Assembly (NCBI GenBank): GCA_038205935.1
Contig: JBBRBK010000050.1
Coordinates: 1-14,728, forward strand
Source of the DNA: Campylobacterales bacterium
GTDB lineage: Bacteria; Campylobacterota; Campylobacteria; Campylobacterales; Sulfurimonadaceae
Length of the DNA stretch: 14,728 nt
Reading direction: 5' to 3'
The notes beneath the pieces were generated by a model. The model did no database searches, was not told the DNA's origin, and saw only the letters and a list, made by a program, of their open reading frames with translations. Position 1 is the stretch's first letter, and every line of letters begins with the position of its first letter. This document shows, piece by piece, positions 1 through 8,736 of the stretch. A program made the translations under genes and the position numbers.

Positions 1-561
1 TATTGCATCAAATTTCTCCTGCATTGCATCAACGGTGTATGTGTAAATGGCCGGATGTTCTTTGTAGATAGAGGGACTGGCTCCTGCTTTGTAGCTGAGA
101 TGTTCCAAAAACTGAGCAGGTTGGGATAACTGTTCCCAAACTTGCGGTAAAAAAGTCCCTCGATAAACTCCATCGTTTAGGATCAGTCCATCTATATGCG
201 GTCTTATCTTTGTGAGCAGATCATCATAATCATCATAATCTAAAATTTTTGGAGTAGAGAGAACTGATACTTCAAGATAGAGATGAGAGAGTTCGCTTAC
301 ATGTAAGGGTGAAAATCTTGGATCATGAAAAGCCGCAGATAGAGCATTGCCGATAATATCATCGATCAAGGATCTATGGGCGATGATGGAACCTATGCAC
401 CCACGAAGTGTTTTATCATAATCGAGCGTTACAAAGGTCGCAGCCTCTTGCGCAAGATAAGGATATTTTTGTATTAGCATCGCTTTATCAATCTGATATT
501 TGGGATCAAAGCTATGAAGAATCGCTGTTTTAGCAATGCGGAGTAAAAGAGAATCAAGCAT
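1..561 (-). CDS. amrA: AmmeMemoRadiSam system protein A (AMMECR1 family), 3' end beyond window edge
   Basis: Not in ORF track. Manual translation from ATG 561 (AAGGA 5 nt upstream; alternative in-frame ATG at 567) is open to base 1: MLDSLLLRIAKTAI...ATFVTL...LRGCIGS...NALSAAFHDPRF...LEVSVLS...DGLIL...GTFLPQVWEQL...FLEHLSYKAG. LRGCIG, AAFxDPRF and FLPQVW are AMMECR1 motifs. Confidence 0.92.
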   Translation of the reverse strand, partial: MLDSLLLRIAKTAILHSFDPKYQIDKAMLIQKYPYLAQEAATFVTLDYDKTLRGCIGSIIAHRSLIDDIIGNALSAAFHDPRFSPLHVSELSHLYLEVSVLSTPKILDYDDYDDLLTKIRPHIDGLILNDGVYRGTFLPQVWEQLSQPAQFLEHLSYKAGASPSIYKEHPAIYTYTVDAMQEKFDAI

Positions 562-633
562 ATTCATCCTTTTAAAAAAAGTCTGAAACAATTGTATGCT
601 TATTGTGATTTATAAGAGTTTAACTTTACAGAG

Positions 634-821
634 TTTCTTGAGTAGTAGATTTAACCTGTTAGGACTTAAAACATCCGTTTTGAATCTTAGAGGAGGAGAG
701 GAAAAGTTAAAAATACTACTCAAGAAATCCCATTAATTTTTCTCCCGTAGAGATACGGGTAGCTTTAGGGGGTTGTAGGGACAAATGTCCCTGCCACATT
801 ACGGGCTTTACTCGTAAAGTG
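634..821 (+). repeat. Multi-hairpin intergenic element (candidate structured RNA or REP/MITE-like repeat)
   Basis: Perfect 14-bp inverted repeat 634-647/714-727, extended by 650-655/706-711; inner hairpin 659-690; further hairpins 744-759, 775-794 and 795-821. The hairpins are seen directly; the function is unknown. Confidence 0.6.
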
Positions 822-830
822 TAACATTAG

Positions 831-1178
<348 letters not shown>

Positions 1179-1183
1179 TTATA

Positions 1184-2491
1184 TTATAGGTTTAAGCCAC
1201 GTTCACCGTGTACTGCCTCATCAAGACCGACTGCTTCTGTTTCTTCATCGACACGTCCGCCACCTGTAAGTGCTGCAGCAATGAAGTATACAACGACTGT
1301 TCCAATAAGTGTATAAGCTGCAACAACTGCTGCAGACTCAAGTTGTACACCGATCTGCGCAAGTCTATCACCAGTAGCTTTAAGTGGACCATCCCATAGA
1401 AGGTCTTTATCATTAAGTGCAAATAATCCTGTTGCAATCGCACCCCATAGACCGCCTAAAAAGTGGATACCAAAAGCATCCAAGCTATCATCATATTTGA
1501 AGATCTTTTTGAGCATTGCAACACCAAAGAATCCTACAACTGAACCACCAAGACCAATCATCATAGCACCGCTAACATCTACAAATCCAGCAGCTGGAGT
1601 AATCGCAACAAGACCTGCAACAACGCCTGAAGCCGCACCTAAAAGAGTAGGCTTTTTGAACACTAACCATTCTATCACTAACCAAGTAACAGCACCTACA
1701 GCCGTTGCAATAGTTGTTGTAAGAGCTGCTAAACCAGCAACTGTATTTGCACCAAATGCAGATCCTGCATTAAATCCATACCAACCAAACCAGAGTAATG
1801 CTGCACCAAGTGCTGTAAGCATAACACTCATGGGTTTCATAGCGATCATTGGATAACCAGTTCTTTTACCGATTAAAAAAGCAAGTACCAAACCAGCAAG
1901 ACCACCGTTCATGTGAACAACTGTTCCACCTGCAAAGTCAAGAGCACCAGCTTTCATAAGGTATCCGCCACCCCAAACCATGTGAGCAATCGGAGCATAA
2001 ACAGCAGCTGTCCATATCGCTGCAAATATAACCCAAGTAGAAAACTTCATACGTTCTATCACTGAACCACTCGCAATAGCTATTGTAATAGCGGCAAATG
2101 TTCCTTGGAAAAATACAAACACATACTGAGGATAATTACCTACAGTTGTTAGATCAGACCATTTGATTCCATCTAGCATCACATTTGCAAAACCACCCAT
2201 AAAGTTGTTCATATCGCCTGTCGCAGTTGCAAACGCAATTGAGTAACCCACGATTATCCAAACAATGAATGCAACTGAAAAACCTACAAATACCATTGCG
2301 TAAGTATTAAGAATGTTTTTTGAGCGAGTCATACCGCCGTAAAATAGAGCAAGACCAGCTGGTGTCATAAGAAGTACCAAAGCACTCGCCATAATCATCC
2401 ACGCAGTATTTCCAGTATCAAGCGTTGGTGCATCAGCTCCAAAAGCAAGAGCGGGTAAGAGCAATGAAATTGCTAAAAGCCATTTTTTCAT
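1184..2491 (-). CDS. amtB: Ammonium transporter AmtB
   Basis: 435 aa with signal peptide and many TM segments; PAGLALFYGG, FFQGTFA, DFAGGTVVH, LLWFGWYGFNAGS, GLVAITPAAG, DDSLDAFGIH (both pore His residues present); AAGGA RBS upstream. Confidence 0.97.
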   Translation of the reverse strand: MKKWLLAISLLLPALAFGADAPTLDTGNTAWMIMASALVLLMTPAGLALFYGGMTRSKNILNTYAMVFVGFSVAFIVWIIVGYSIAFATATGDMNNFMGGFANVMLDGIKWSDLTTVGNYPQYVFVFFQGTFAAITIAIASGSVIERMKFSTWVIFAAIWTAAVYAPIAHMVWGGGYLMKAGALDFAGGTVVHMNGGLAGLVLAFLIGKRTGYPMIAMKPMSVMLTALGAALLWFGWYGFNAGSAFGANTVAGLAALTTTIATAVGAVTWLVIEWLVFKKPTLLGAASGVVAGLVAITPAAGFVDVSGAMMIGLGGSVVGFFGVAMLKKIFKYDDSLDAFGIHFLGGLWGAIATGLFALNDKDLLWDGPLKATGDRLAQIGVQLESAAVVAAYTLIGTVVVYFIAAALTGGGRVDEETEAVGLDEAVHGERGLNL

Positions 2492-2540
2492 CTAATTTTC
2501 CTTTGTACTCAGTGAATGAGCGAATTAATTTTGTGAGAAA

Positions 2541-2549
2541 AGTATATCA
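2541..2549 (-). promoter_or_regulatory. Putative extended -10 promoter (TGnTATACT) for amtB-glnK
   Basis: Minus strand reads TGATATACT, about 50 nt upstream of the amtB start. Confidence 0.5.
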
Positions 2550-2577
2550 CTTGGCTGACTACTAAAAACCAGTTTAT

Positions 2578-2594
2578 TGATTAAATTTTAATCA
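2578..2594. promoter_or_regulatory. Perfect palindrome, candidate transcription-factor operator
   Basis: TGATTAAA-T-TTTAATCA in the divergent amtB/selO intergenic region, just upstream of the expected amtB -35 position. Confidence 0.5.
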
Positions 2595-2673
2595 GTTAAA
2601 AACAGACTGGGAATTTCTTCTTATATAGGAATGCTTATCTATATGAAAGTGATTACTCTGTAAAAACTCACTT

Positions 2674-4080
2674 ATGAAATTAAAACAATTACAGCTAAAA
2701 ACAGATTATCTAAACTTCGATGAAGAGTTTTTTCATAAAGTTACACCCACTCCGCTTAAAAAGCCATTTTTGATATCGGCGAATGAAGAGTTGGCAGAAC
2801 TCTTACATGTAAGCAAAGAGGAACTTCAAAGTGAAGAGTTTGTTTCACTTATAAATGGAACTTTCAAACTAGAAGGCAGCGAGCCATATGCTATGTGTTA
2901 CGCCGGACATCAATTTGGATATTTTGTGCCGCGCTTGGGAGATGGACGGGCGATCAATCTTGGAGAACTTGATGGATGGCATCTGCAACTAAAAGGCTCC
3001 GGGCTTACACGTTACTCAAGGCAGGGTGATGGGCGCGCAGTTCTTCGCTCTTCTATTAGAGAATATTTGATGAGTGAGGCGATGCATGCTTTGGGCGTTC
3101 CTACAAGCAGAGCACTCGGTCTTATCGGAAGTGATGAGAATGTGGCGCGAGAGAGATGGGAAAAGGGCGCTATCGTTTTACGGGTCTCTTCAAGTTGGAT
3201 ACGTTTTGGGAGTTTTGAATACTTTTACTATAAAAAGAAGTATGACAAACTCCAGCAATTGGCTGATTATGTTTTAAAACAGAGTTATAGCGAATTTGTG
3301 GGGCGTGAAAATTGCTATCTTTTGATGTATGAAGAGATCGTAAAACGTACAGCGGAATTGATGGCGCATTGGCAAAGTGTTGGTTTTTCACACGGCGTTA
3401 TGAATACGGACAATATGTCCATAGCAGGACTCACTATAGATTATGGTCCATACTCATTCTTGGATGACTATGATTTTGACTTTATCTGTAACCATACGGA
3501 TGCCGAAGGTCGTTACAGTTTTGGAAATCAGCCAAATATTGGGCATTGGAACTTGATGATGCTTTTAACTGCACTTTCCCCTTTGATAAATAGTGACAAA
3601 GGCAAAGAAGTTTTAGAAACTTATAGTACATTTTTTGTACAAAAATATCACGCGCTGATGTGTGCAAAACTTGGACTGGATTCTAGCAAAGAATATTCAA
3701 AACTGATACAGTGGCTTTTAAATATTATGCAAAATGATGCAGTAGACTACACCCTTTTTTATAGAACACTTGGCGAGTATGAAACAAGAGATGAGATAAC
3801 ACAACTTTTCATATCAAGAACTCGTATAGATGAGTGGCTTGATCTATACGAAAAAGAGCTCCCATCTAAAGAAACAATGCAAAAGGTCAACCCAAGATAT
3901 GTGCTCAAAAACTATATGCTTCAAGAAGCGATAGAAAAAGCGCAAAGCGGAGATTTTTCTTTAGTCAATGAACTCTTACATGTAGCGCAAAATCCTTTTG
4001 ATGCGCATCCAGAATTGGCAAGATACGCAAAAGCAACTCCGCATCAGTTTAAGGCATTAAAACTAAGTTGTTCCTCGTAA
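2674..4080 (+). CDS. selO: Protein adenylyltransferase SelO (YdiU/UPF0061)
   Basis: YAGHQFG, LGDGRA, LQLKGSGLTRYSRQGDGRAVLRSSIREYL, RFGSFE, HGVMNTDN, TIDYGPY, NPRYVLKNY, C-terminal SCSS. Confidence 0.95.
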   Translation: MKLKQLQLKTDYLNFDEEFFHKVTPTPLKKPFLISANEELAELLHVSKEELQSEEFVSLINGTFKLEGSEPYAMCYAGHQFGYFVPRLGDGRAINLGELDGWHLQLKGSGLTRYSRQGDGRAVLRSSIREYLMSEAMHALGVPTSRALGLIGSDENVARERWEKGAIVLRVSSSWIRFGSFEYFYYKKKYDKLQQLADYVLKQSYSEFVGRENCYLLMYEEIVKRTAELMAHWQSVGFSHGVMNTDNMSIAGLTIDYGPYSFLDDYDFDFICNHTDAEGRYSFGNQPNIGHWNLMMLLTALSPLINSDKGKEVLETYSTFFVQKYHALMCAKLGLDSSKEYSKLIQWLLNIMQNDAVDYTLFYRTLGEYETRDEITQLFISRTRIDEWLDLYEKELPSKETMQKVNPRYVLKNYMLQEAIEKAQSGDFSLVNELLHVAQNPFDAHPELARYAKATPHQFKALKLSCSS

Positions 4081-4100
4081 ATATTTCACTCTGCCTAGTT

Positions 4101-4130
4101 TTGCAATATTAAGCGTAGTTACGCTAAAAT
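4101..4130 (+). promoter_or_regulatory. Putative sigma70 promoter of gyrA
   Basis: TTGCAA (4101-4106), 18-nt spacer, TAAAAT (4125-4130); the -10 lies 28 nt before ATG 4159. Confidence 0.45.
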
Positions 4131-4158
4131 GGGCGAAAATTATTTCTAGGCATTATTG

Positions 4159-6639
4159 ATGAACGATTTATTAGATAACAGTCAAATCAAAAACATAAAT
4201 ATAGAAGACACTCTTCAGAGCAGCTATCTTGACTACTCTATGAGTGTTATTATAGGCCGTGCGCTTCCTGATGTTCGCGATGGTTTAAAACCTGTTCATA
4301 GACGTATTCTTTATGCGATGGATAAACTCAATCTCTCTGCTGGTGCAAAATATAAAAAATCTGCACGTATCGTCGGTGACGTTATCGGTCAGTACCACCC
4401 ACACGGTGATACAGCGGTTTATGATGCGCTAGTTCGTATGGCTCAACCGTTTTCTATGAGTATGCCACTCGTGGATGGTCAAGGAAACTTCGGTTCAATC
4501 GATGGTGATAATGCCGCAGCAATGCGTTATACGGAAGCTCGTATGACAAAATATGCCGGAGAGTTACTTAAAGATTTAGAGAAAAATACGGTCAATATGA
4601 TCGATAACTACGATGGAACGACGCAAGAACCAGATGTTCTTCCAACGCGTGTTCCAAACCTTCTTATCAACGGTTCAAGCGGGATCGCTGTTGGTATGGC
4701 TACAAACATTCCTCCACATAATCCAAGAGAAATCATCGGCGGACTTAAACTTCTTCTAGAAAATCCTGATTGTGAACTTTATGAGTTGATGGAATTTATC
4801 AAAGCACCAGATTTTCCAACAGGCGGAACGATCTTTGGAAAAAAAGGGATTATGGATGCGTATGAAACAGGGCGCGGCCGTATCAAAGTACGCGCTAAAA
4901 CTCACATAGAGAAAAAAGCAAACAAAGACGTTATCGTCATTGATGAACTTCCTTACCAAGTTAATAAAGCGCGTCTTATCGAGACTATCGCAAATCTTGT
5001 AAAAGACAAAATGCTTGATGGTATTTCAGAAATTCGTGATGAGTCTGACCGTGATGGTATCCGCGTTGTTATCGAACTCAAGCGCGATGCGATGAGCGAA
5101 ATCGTCCTTAACAACCTTTATAAATCTACAAATATGCAAACAACATTTGGTATCATTATGCTTTCTATTTTGAACCAAGAACCTCGTATTTTTGGGATCA
5201 AAGAGATCTTAAAACATTTTATCAACCACCGTAAAACAGTTATCATTCGTAGAACTATTTTTGATCTTGAAAAAGCAAAAGCGCGTGCACATATTTTAGA
5301 AGGGCTTATCAAAGCTATTAATATCATTGACGATGTTATTCGCGTTATTCGTGCTTCTAAAAGTGAAGAAGAAGCAAGAGATAACTTGGTGAGTGAATTT
5401 GATTTTTCTGAGATTCAGGCTTCAAGTATCGTGGCTATGAGACTCGGACGTTTAACAGGTCTTGAGATAGAAAAAATCGAGAATGAACTCAGAGAGCTTG
5501 CTGCACTCATTGAATATTTAGAGTCTATTTTAAAAAGTGAGGCAGTGCTTCATGGTATCATCAAAGATGAGCTTGATGAGATTTATGAACTCTATTCTAT
5601 AGAGCGTCGTACAGAGATCGAAGATGATTATGATGATATCGATATTGAAGACCTCATTCCTAATGAGCCGATGGTTGTTACGATCACTCACCGTGGATAT
5701 ATCAAACGTGTTCCTCTAGCACAGTACGAAAAACAACGTCGTGGCGGAAAAGGTAAAACTGCTGTTACGATTTATGAAGATGATTTCATAGAAAAATTCT
5801 TTACATGTAACACGCATGATACCTTACTGTTTATCACAGACCGTGGTCAACTTCACTGGTTGAAAGTGTATAAAATTCCTGAAGGAAGTCGTACTGCAAA
5901 AGGTAAGGCGGTTGTCAACCTGTTGAATCTTGTAGCTGATGAAAATATCCGTTCTATCCTTCCAACAACAGATTTCAGTGAAGATAAATCACTTACATTC
6001 TTTACAGAAAAAGGTATCGTAAAACGTACTAATTTATCAGAGTTCTCAAATATTAGAAGTAACGGTGTGAGAGCTATCGTACTTGATGATGATGATGCTT
6101 TGATCGTTGCTAAAATAGCGACAAAAGATACTAAGTATCTTTTCATTGTAACTCAAAAAGCTCAGTGTATCAAGTTTGATATAGAAAAAACTCGAGAGCA
6201 AGGTCGTTCTACTCGTGGGGTTAGAGGTATCAAGTTTAAAATACAAAGTGATAAAGTTGTCGATGCAAATGTGATAGACAACGATGAGCAAGAGATTTTA
6301 ATGGTGAGTGAAAAAGGTATCGGTAAACGAACTGATGCTGGAGAATACCGTTTAACTAACCGTGGTGGTTCAGGTGTAATTGCCATGAAACTCAACCAAA
6401 AAACAGGTATCAACGTTATCGGATGTCTGATGGTGGATGAAAATATGGATATGATGGCACTTACAGTGGGTGGCAAAATGATCCGTGTTGATATGCAGAC
6501 AATCTCGAAATCTTCAAGAAATACAAGTGGTGTTTATATCATCAAAGGTGATGATGTAGCAAGTATTTCACGCTGTCCAAAAGAGGAAGAGGATGAAGAG
6601 TTTGAAGGCGAAGAAAGCGGAACTTTGGAATTGGAATAG
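4159..6639 (+). CDS. gyrA: DNA gyrase subunit A
   Basis: [27 protein letters not shown], catalytic AAMRYTE, GyrA-box QRRGGKG, beta-pinwheel repeats, acidic tail. ATG 4159 preferred over TTG 4156. Confidence 0.98.
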   Translation: MNDLLDNSQIKNINIEDTLQSSYLDYSMSVIIGRALPDVRDGLKPVHRRILYAMDKLNLSAGAKYKKSARIVGDVIGQYHPHGDTAVYDALVRMAQPFSMSMPLVDGQGNFGSIDGDNAAAMRYTEARMTKYAGELLKDLEKNTVNMIDNYDGTTQEPDVLPTRVPNLLINGSSGIAVGMATNIPPHNPREIIGGLKLLLENPDCELYELMEFIKAPDFPTGGTIFGKKGIMDAYETGRGRIKVRAKTHIEKKANKDVIVIDELPYQVNKARLIETIANLVKDKMLDGISEIRDESDRDGIRVVIELKRDAMSEIVLNNLYKSTNMQTTFGIIMLSILNQEPRIFGIKEILKHFINHRKTVIIRRTIFDLEKAKARAHILEGLIKAINIIDDVIRVIRASKSEEEARDNLVSEFDFSEIQASSIVAMRLGRLTGLEIEKIENELRELAALIEYLESILKSEAVLHGIIKDELDEIYELYSIERRTEIEDDYDDIDIEDLIPNEPMVVTITHRGYIKRVPLAQYEKQRRGGKGKTAVTIYEDDFIEKFFTCNTHDTLLFITDRGQLHWLKVYKIPEGSRTAKGKAVVNLLNLVADENIRSILPTTDFSEDKSLTFFTEKGIVKRTNLSEFSNIRSNGVRAIVLDDDDALIVAKIATKDTKYLFIVTQKAQCIKFDIEKTREQGRSTRGVRGIKFKIQSDKVVDANVIDNDEQEILMVSEKGIGKRTDAGEYRLTNRGGSGVIAMKLNQKTGINVIGCLMVDENMDMMALTVGGKMIRVDMQTISKSSRNTSGVYIIKGDDVASISRCPKEEEDEEFEGEESGTLELE

Positions 6640-6648
6640 TTTATGCTT
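6631..6648 (+). promoter_or_regulatory. Putative sigma54 (-24/-12) promoter for flgP-flgQ-flgR
   Basis: TTGGAATAGTTTATGCTT = GG(6633-6634)-N10-GC(6645-6646), with the TTGGAA/TGCTT flanks typical of Campylobacterota RpoN promoters. It overlaps the gyrA stop and predicts +1 near 6658. Confidence 0.7.
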
Positions 6649-6686
6649 AAACTATTCCAACTAACTTGCTTTTAAGGATCAATGTA

Positions 6687-7169
6687 ATGAAATATTCTCT
6701 CGTTTTAGCGACGCTGTTGATGTCAGTTTCAGTGTACGCAAATGATGTACACTGTACAAAAGGAGTAGATGTTAATCACACTACTACATGTATGAAAGCT
6801 CCTGTCGATCCTAATGATGTGATAAGAGATAATGTACTTGTAAATGAAGTTTCTCCAACACATGAAATCCGTATCAGCGTTGTTGGTGAAGGTGTTGCCC
6901 CACTGAATACATCATCACCTGCACAAGCCTATGCACTTGCAAAACGTGCTGCCATTGCAGATGGTTATCGTCTAATCGCTGAAAAAGTAAAAGGTGTAAG
7001 GGTAGAGGGACAAGACAGCATCAGCAACATGATGATGCAACACTCAACTGTACGTACATCTGTAGATGCTACGATCCGTAATGCAAATGTGGTTGAAACA
7101 AGATTTAAAGAGGGTCTGTGCGAAGTAGAGATGGAAATAGTACTTTCTTACGCTCAATTTGCTCGTTAA
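6687..7169 (+). CDS. flgP: Flagellar motor disk protein FlgP (LPP20-like domain)
   Basis: VGEGVAPLNTSSPAQAYALAKRAAIADGYR...VKGVRVEGQD resembles C. jejuni FlgP. Its position between gyrA and flgR matches the Campylobacter order gyrA-flgP-flgQ-flgR-asd. ATG 6687 has AAGGA 8 nt upstream and gives a signal peptide. Confidence 0.8.
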   Translation: MKYSLVLATLLMSVSVYANDVHCTKGVDVNHTTTCMKAPVDPNDVIRDNVLVNEVSPTHEIRISVVGEGVAPLNTSSPAQAYALAKRAAIADGYRLIAEKVKGVRVEGQDSISNMMMQHSTVRTSVDATIRNANVVETRFKEGLCEVEMEIVLSYAQFAR

Positions 7170-7534
7170 TATTCTGCATTAGCTGTCTTAGCGGTGATGA
7201 GTATATAATTTCTTATCGTTATGCCGTTGAAGATGCTACACTCTTAAATGATAGTTTGGATATATCTAAAGTGATGACTCCTTGTCGGGGGCATCACGTT
7301 GGATCTCCTCTCTTTCTCCCCTTACCAGACGATACAAAAAATCTTAAAACTACCCTTCTATCACATGATGACGAATTTTTTGCATATATTAATACTCTCG
7401 GTTTACATGTAAGAAATTTTGATTCGCTTTCTAATGGAATGAGTAACTCCCTTACAACCGTCACATTGAAGCCGACATGTTTTACAGTCGAGTTTAATGA
7501 TAATTTGGTTAAAATCACCCCTTTTAAAGAGTAG
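7118..7534 (+). CDS. flgQ: Exported protein, probable FlgQ (by synteny); start uncertain
   Basis: Open frame overlapping the flgP 3' end, with a hydrophobic signal-like segment (SICSLIFCISCLSG). It occupies the flgQ position; no diagnostic motif was recognised. Confidence 0.5.
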   Translation: MRSRDGNSTFLRSICSLIFCISCLSGDEYIISYRYAVEDATLLNDSLDISKVMTPCRGHHVGSPLFLPLPDDTKNLKTTLLSHDDEFFAYINTLGLHVRNFDSLSNGMSNSLTTVTLKPTCFTVEFNDNLVKITPFKE

Positions 7535-7562
7535 GTTTAACAGCAATAAAGTGAGGTTTATG

Positions 7563-8714
7563 ATGAAAATTGCCATCGTTGAAGATGATATCAATATGCG
7601 TAAATCTTTAGAGATAGCAATGGATGAGTATAAAGAGTTTGAAGTAAAAACTTTTAAAAATCCAAAAGATGCTCTTAGGGCACTTGATGAGAGTTTTGAG
7701 CTTGTTATTACAGATATCAATATGCCTGGAATGGATGGAATTGAGTTTGTAAAAGCTTTAAATGGAAGATATGAAGTGATTATTATGACTGGTAATGCAA
7801 CCCTTCAAAGAGCCATAGAATCTATTCAACTTGGGGTCAAAGATTTTTTACTCAAACCCTTTGAGATAGATACTTTGATCAAAGCGATAAAACGCGCTGA
7901 TGAAGTTTCAAAAGTTGTGAAAAAAACGGGAATCATTGGAAAATCAATTGCACCAAGTGCTTTTTTAGCAAAATCTGAAGCGCTTACTCGTATTTTATCC
8001 ATCACAGATAAAGCAGCAAAAACAGATGCGACGATACTTCTTTTAGGCGAGAGTGGTGTAGGCAAAGAAGTGTTTGCAAAGTATATTCATGAAAACTCTT
8101 TAAGAGCTAAAAAAGAGTTCATTGCTATCAATATGGCGGCAATTCCAGATAACTTAATTGAGAGTGAACTTTTTGGATATGAGAAGGGCGCTTTTACGGA
8201 TGCGACTGAAGCAAAAGCTGGACATTTTGAAAATGCTAACGGCGGAACACTCTTTTTAGATGAAATCGCTGAGATGCCTTATGGTGTTCAAGCAAAAATT
8301 CTTCGTGCTTTGCAAGAAAAAGAGGTTAGACGCCTTGGTTCTTCCAAATCTATTAAGATAGATATTCGTATAATATCGGCGACAAATGCTAACTTGAGTG
8401 ATAAAATAAAAAATGGTGAGTTTAGAGAAGATCTTTATTACCGTTTAAATACGATCCCTTTGACTATTCCTCCTTTGCGAGAGAGAAAAGAAGAAGTGCT
8501 ACCAATTGCACACAATATTCTTGTTCAAAGCTGTCAAGAGTATGGATTTGCCCAAAAAGCATTTTCAAAAGATGCGCAGCAACAGCTTTTAGACTATGGT
8601 TGGCCTGGAAATATTAGAGAACTTATCTCTGTTGTGCAAAGAGCCGTGATCCTTAGCGATGGCGATGAGATAACCCCTGAATCTCTTTTTTTAGAGAGCC
8701 GTGGATTACGATAA
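7563..8714 (+). CDS. flgR: Sigma54-dependent response regulator FlgR (REC + AAA+, no C-terminal HTH)
   Basis: REC: IAIVEDD, ITDINMPGMDG, FLLKPF. AAA+: GESGVGKE, ESELFGYEKGAFTDA, GTLFLDEI, FREDLYYRLN, WPGNIREL. GAGG RBS precedes tandem ATGs at 7560/7563. Confidence 0.88.
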   Translation: MKIAIVEDDINMRKSLEIAMDEYKEFEVKTFKNPKDALRALDESFELVITDINMPGMDGIEFVKALNGRYEVIIMTGNATLQRAIESIQLGVKDFLLKPFEIDTLIKAIKRADEVSKVVKKTGIIGKSIAPSAFLAKSEALTRILSITDKAAKTDATILLLGESGVGKEVFAKYIHENSLRAKKEFIAINMAAIPDNLIESELFGYEKGAFTDATEAKAGHFENANGGTLFLDEIAEMPYGVQAKILRALQEKEVRRLGSSKSIKIDIRIISATNANLSDKIKNGEFREDLYYRLNTIPLTIPPLRERKEEVLPIAHNILVQSCQEYGFAQKAFSKDAQQQLLDYGWPGNIRELISVVQRAVILSDGDEITPESLFLESRGLR

Positions 8715-8736
8715 ATTAAATTATTTGGGAGAAAAT

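Noticed and set aside
48..60. TGGCCGGATGTTC in amrA matches the reverse complement of 14624-14636 in the IS-like end
   Set aside because: It lies in an intact coding frame (E-H-P-A) with no terminal TG or further repeats; a single 13-mer match is compatible with chance.
221..240. 9-bp tandem repeat (TCATCATAA x2) in amrA
   Set aside because: It encodes DYDDYDD in frame with only two units; not an array or phase-variable tract.
4060..4080. Possible selenocysteine at the SelO C-terminus
   Set aside because: The codon is TGT (Cys) and the stop is TAA; there is no in-frame TGA.
4390..4430. Possible quinolone-resistance substitution in GyrA (HGDTAVYD)
   Set aside because: Thr and Asp at these positions are the wild-type state in Campylobacter (T86/D90).
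6682..6689. Start-stop minigene ATG-TAA overlapping the flgP ATG
   Set aside because: It is only 3 nt from the AAGGA, too close for efficient initiation; the flgP ATG has normal spacing.
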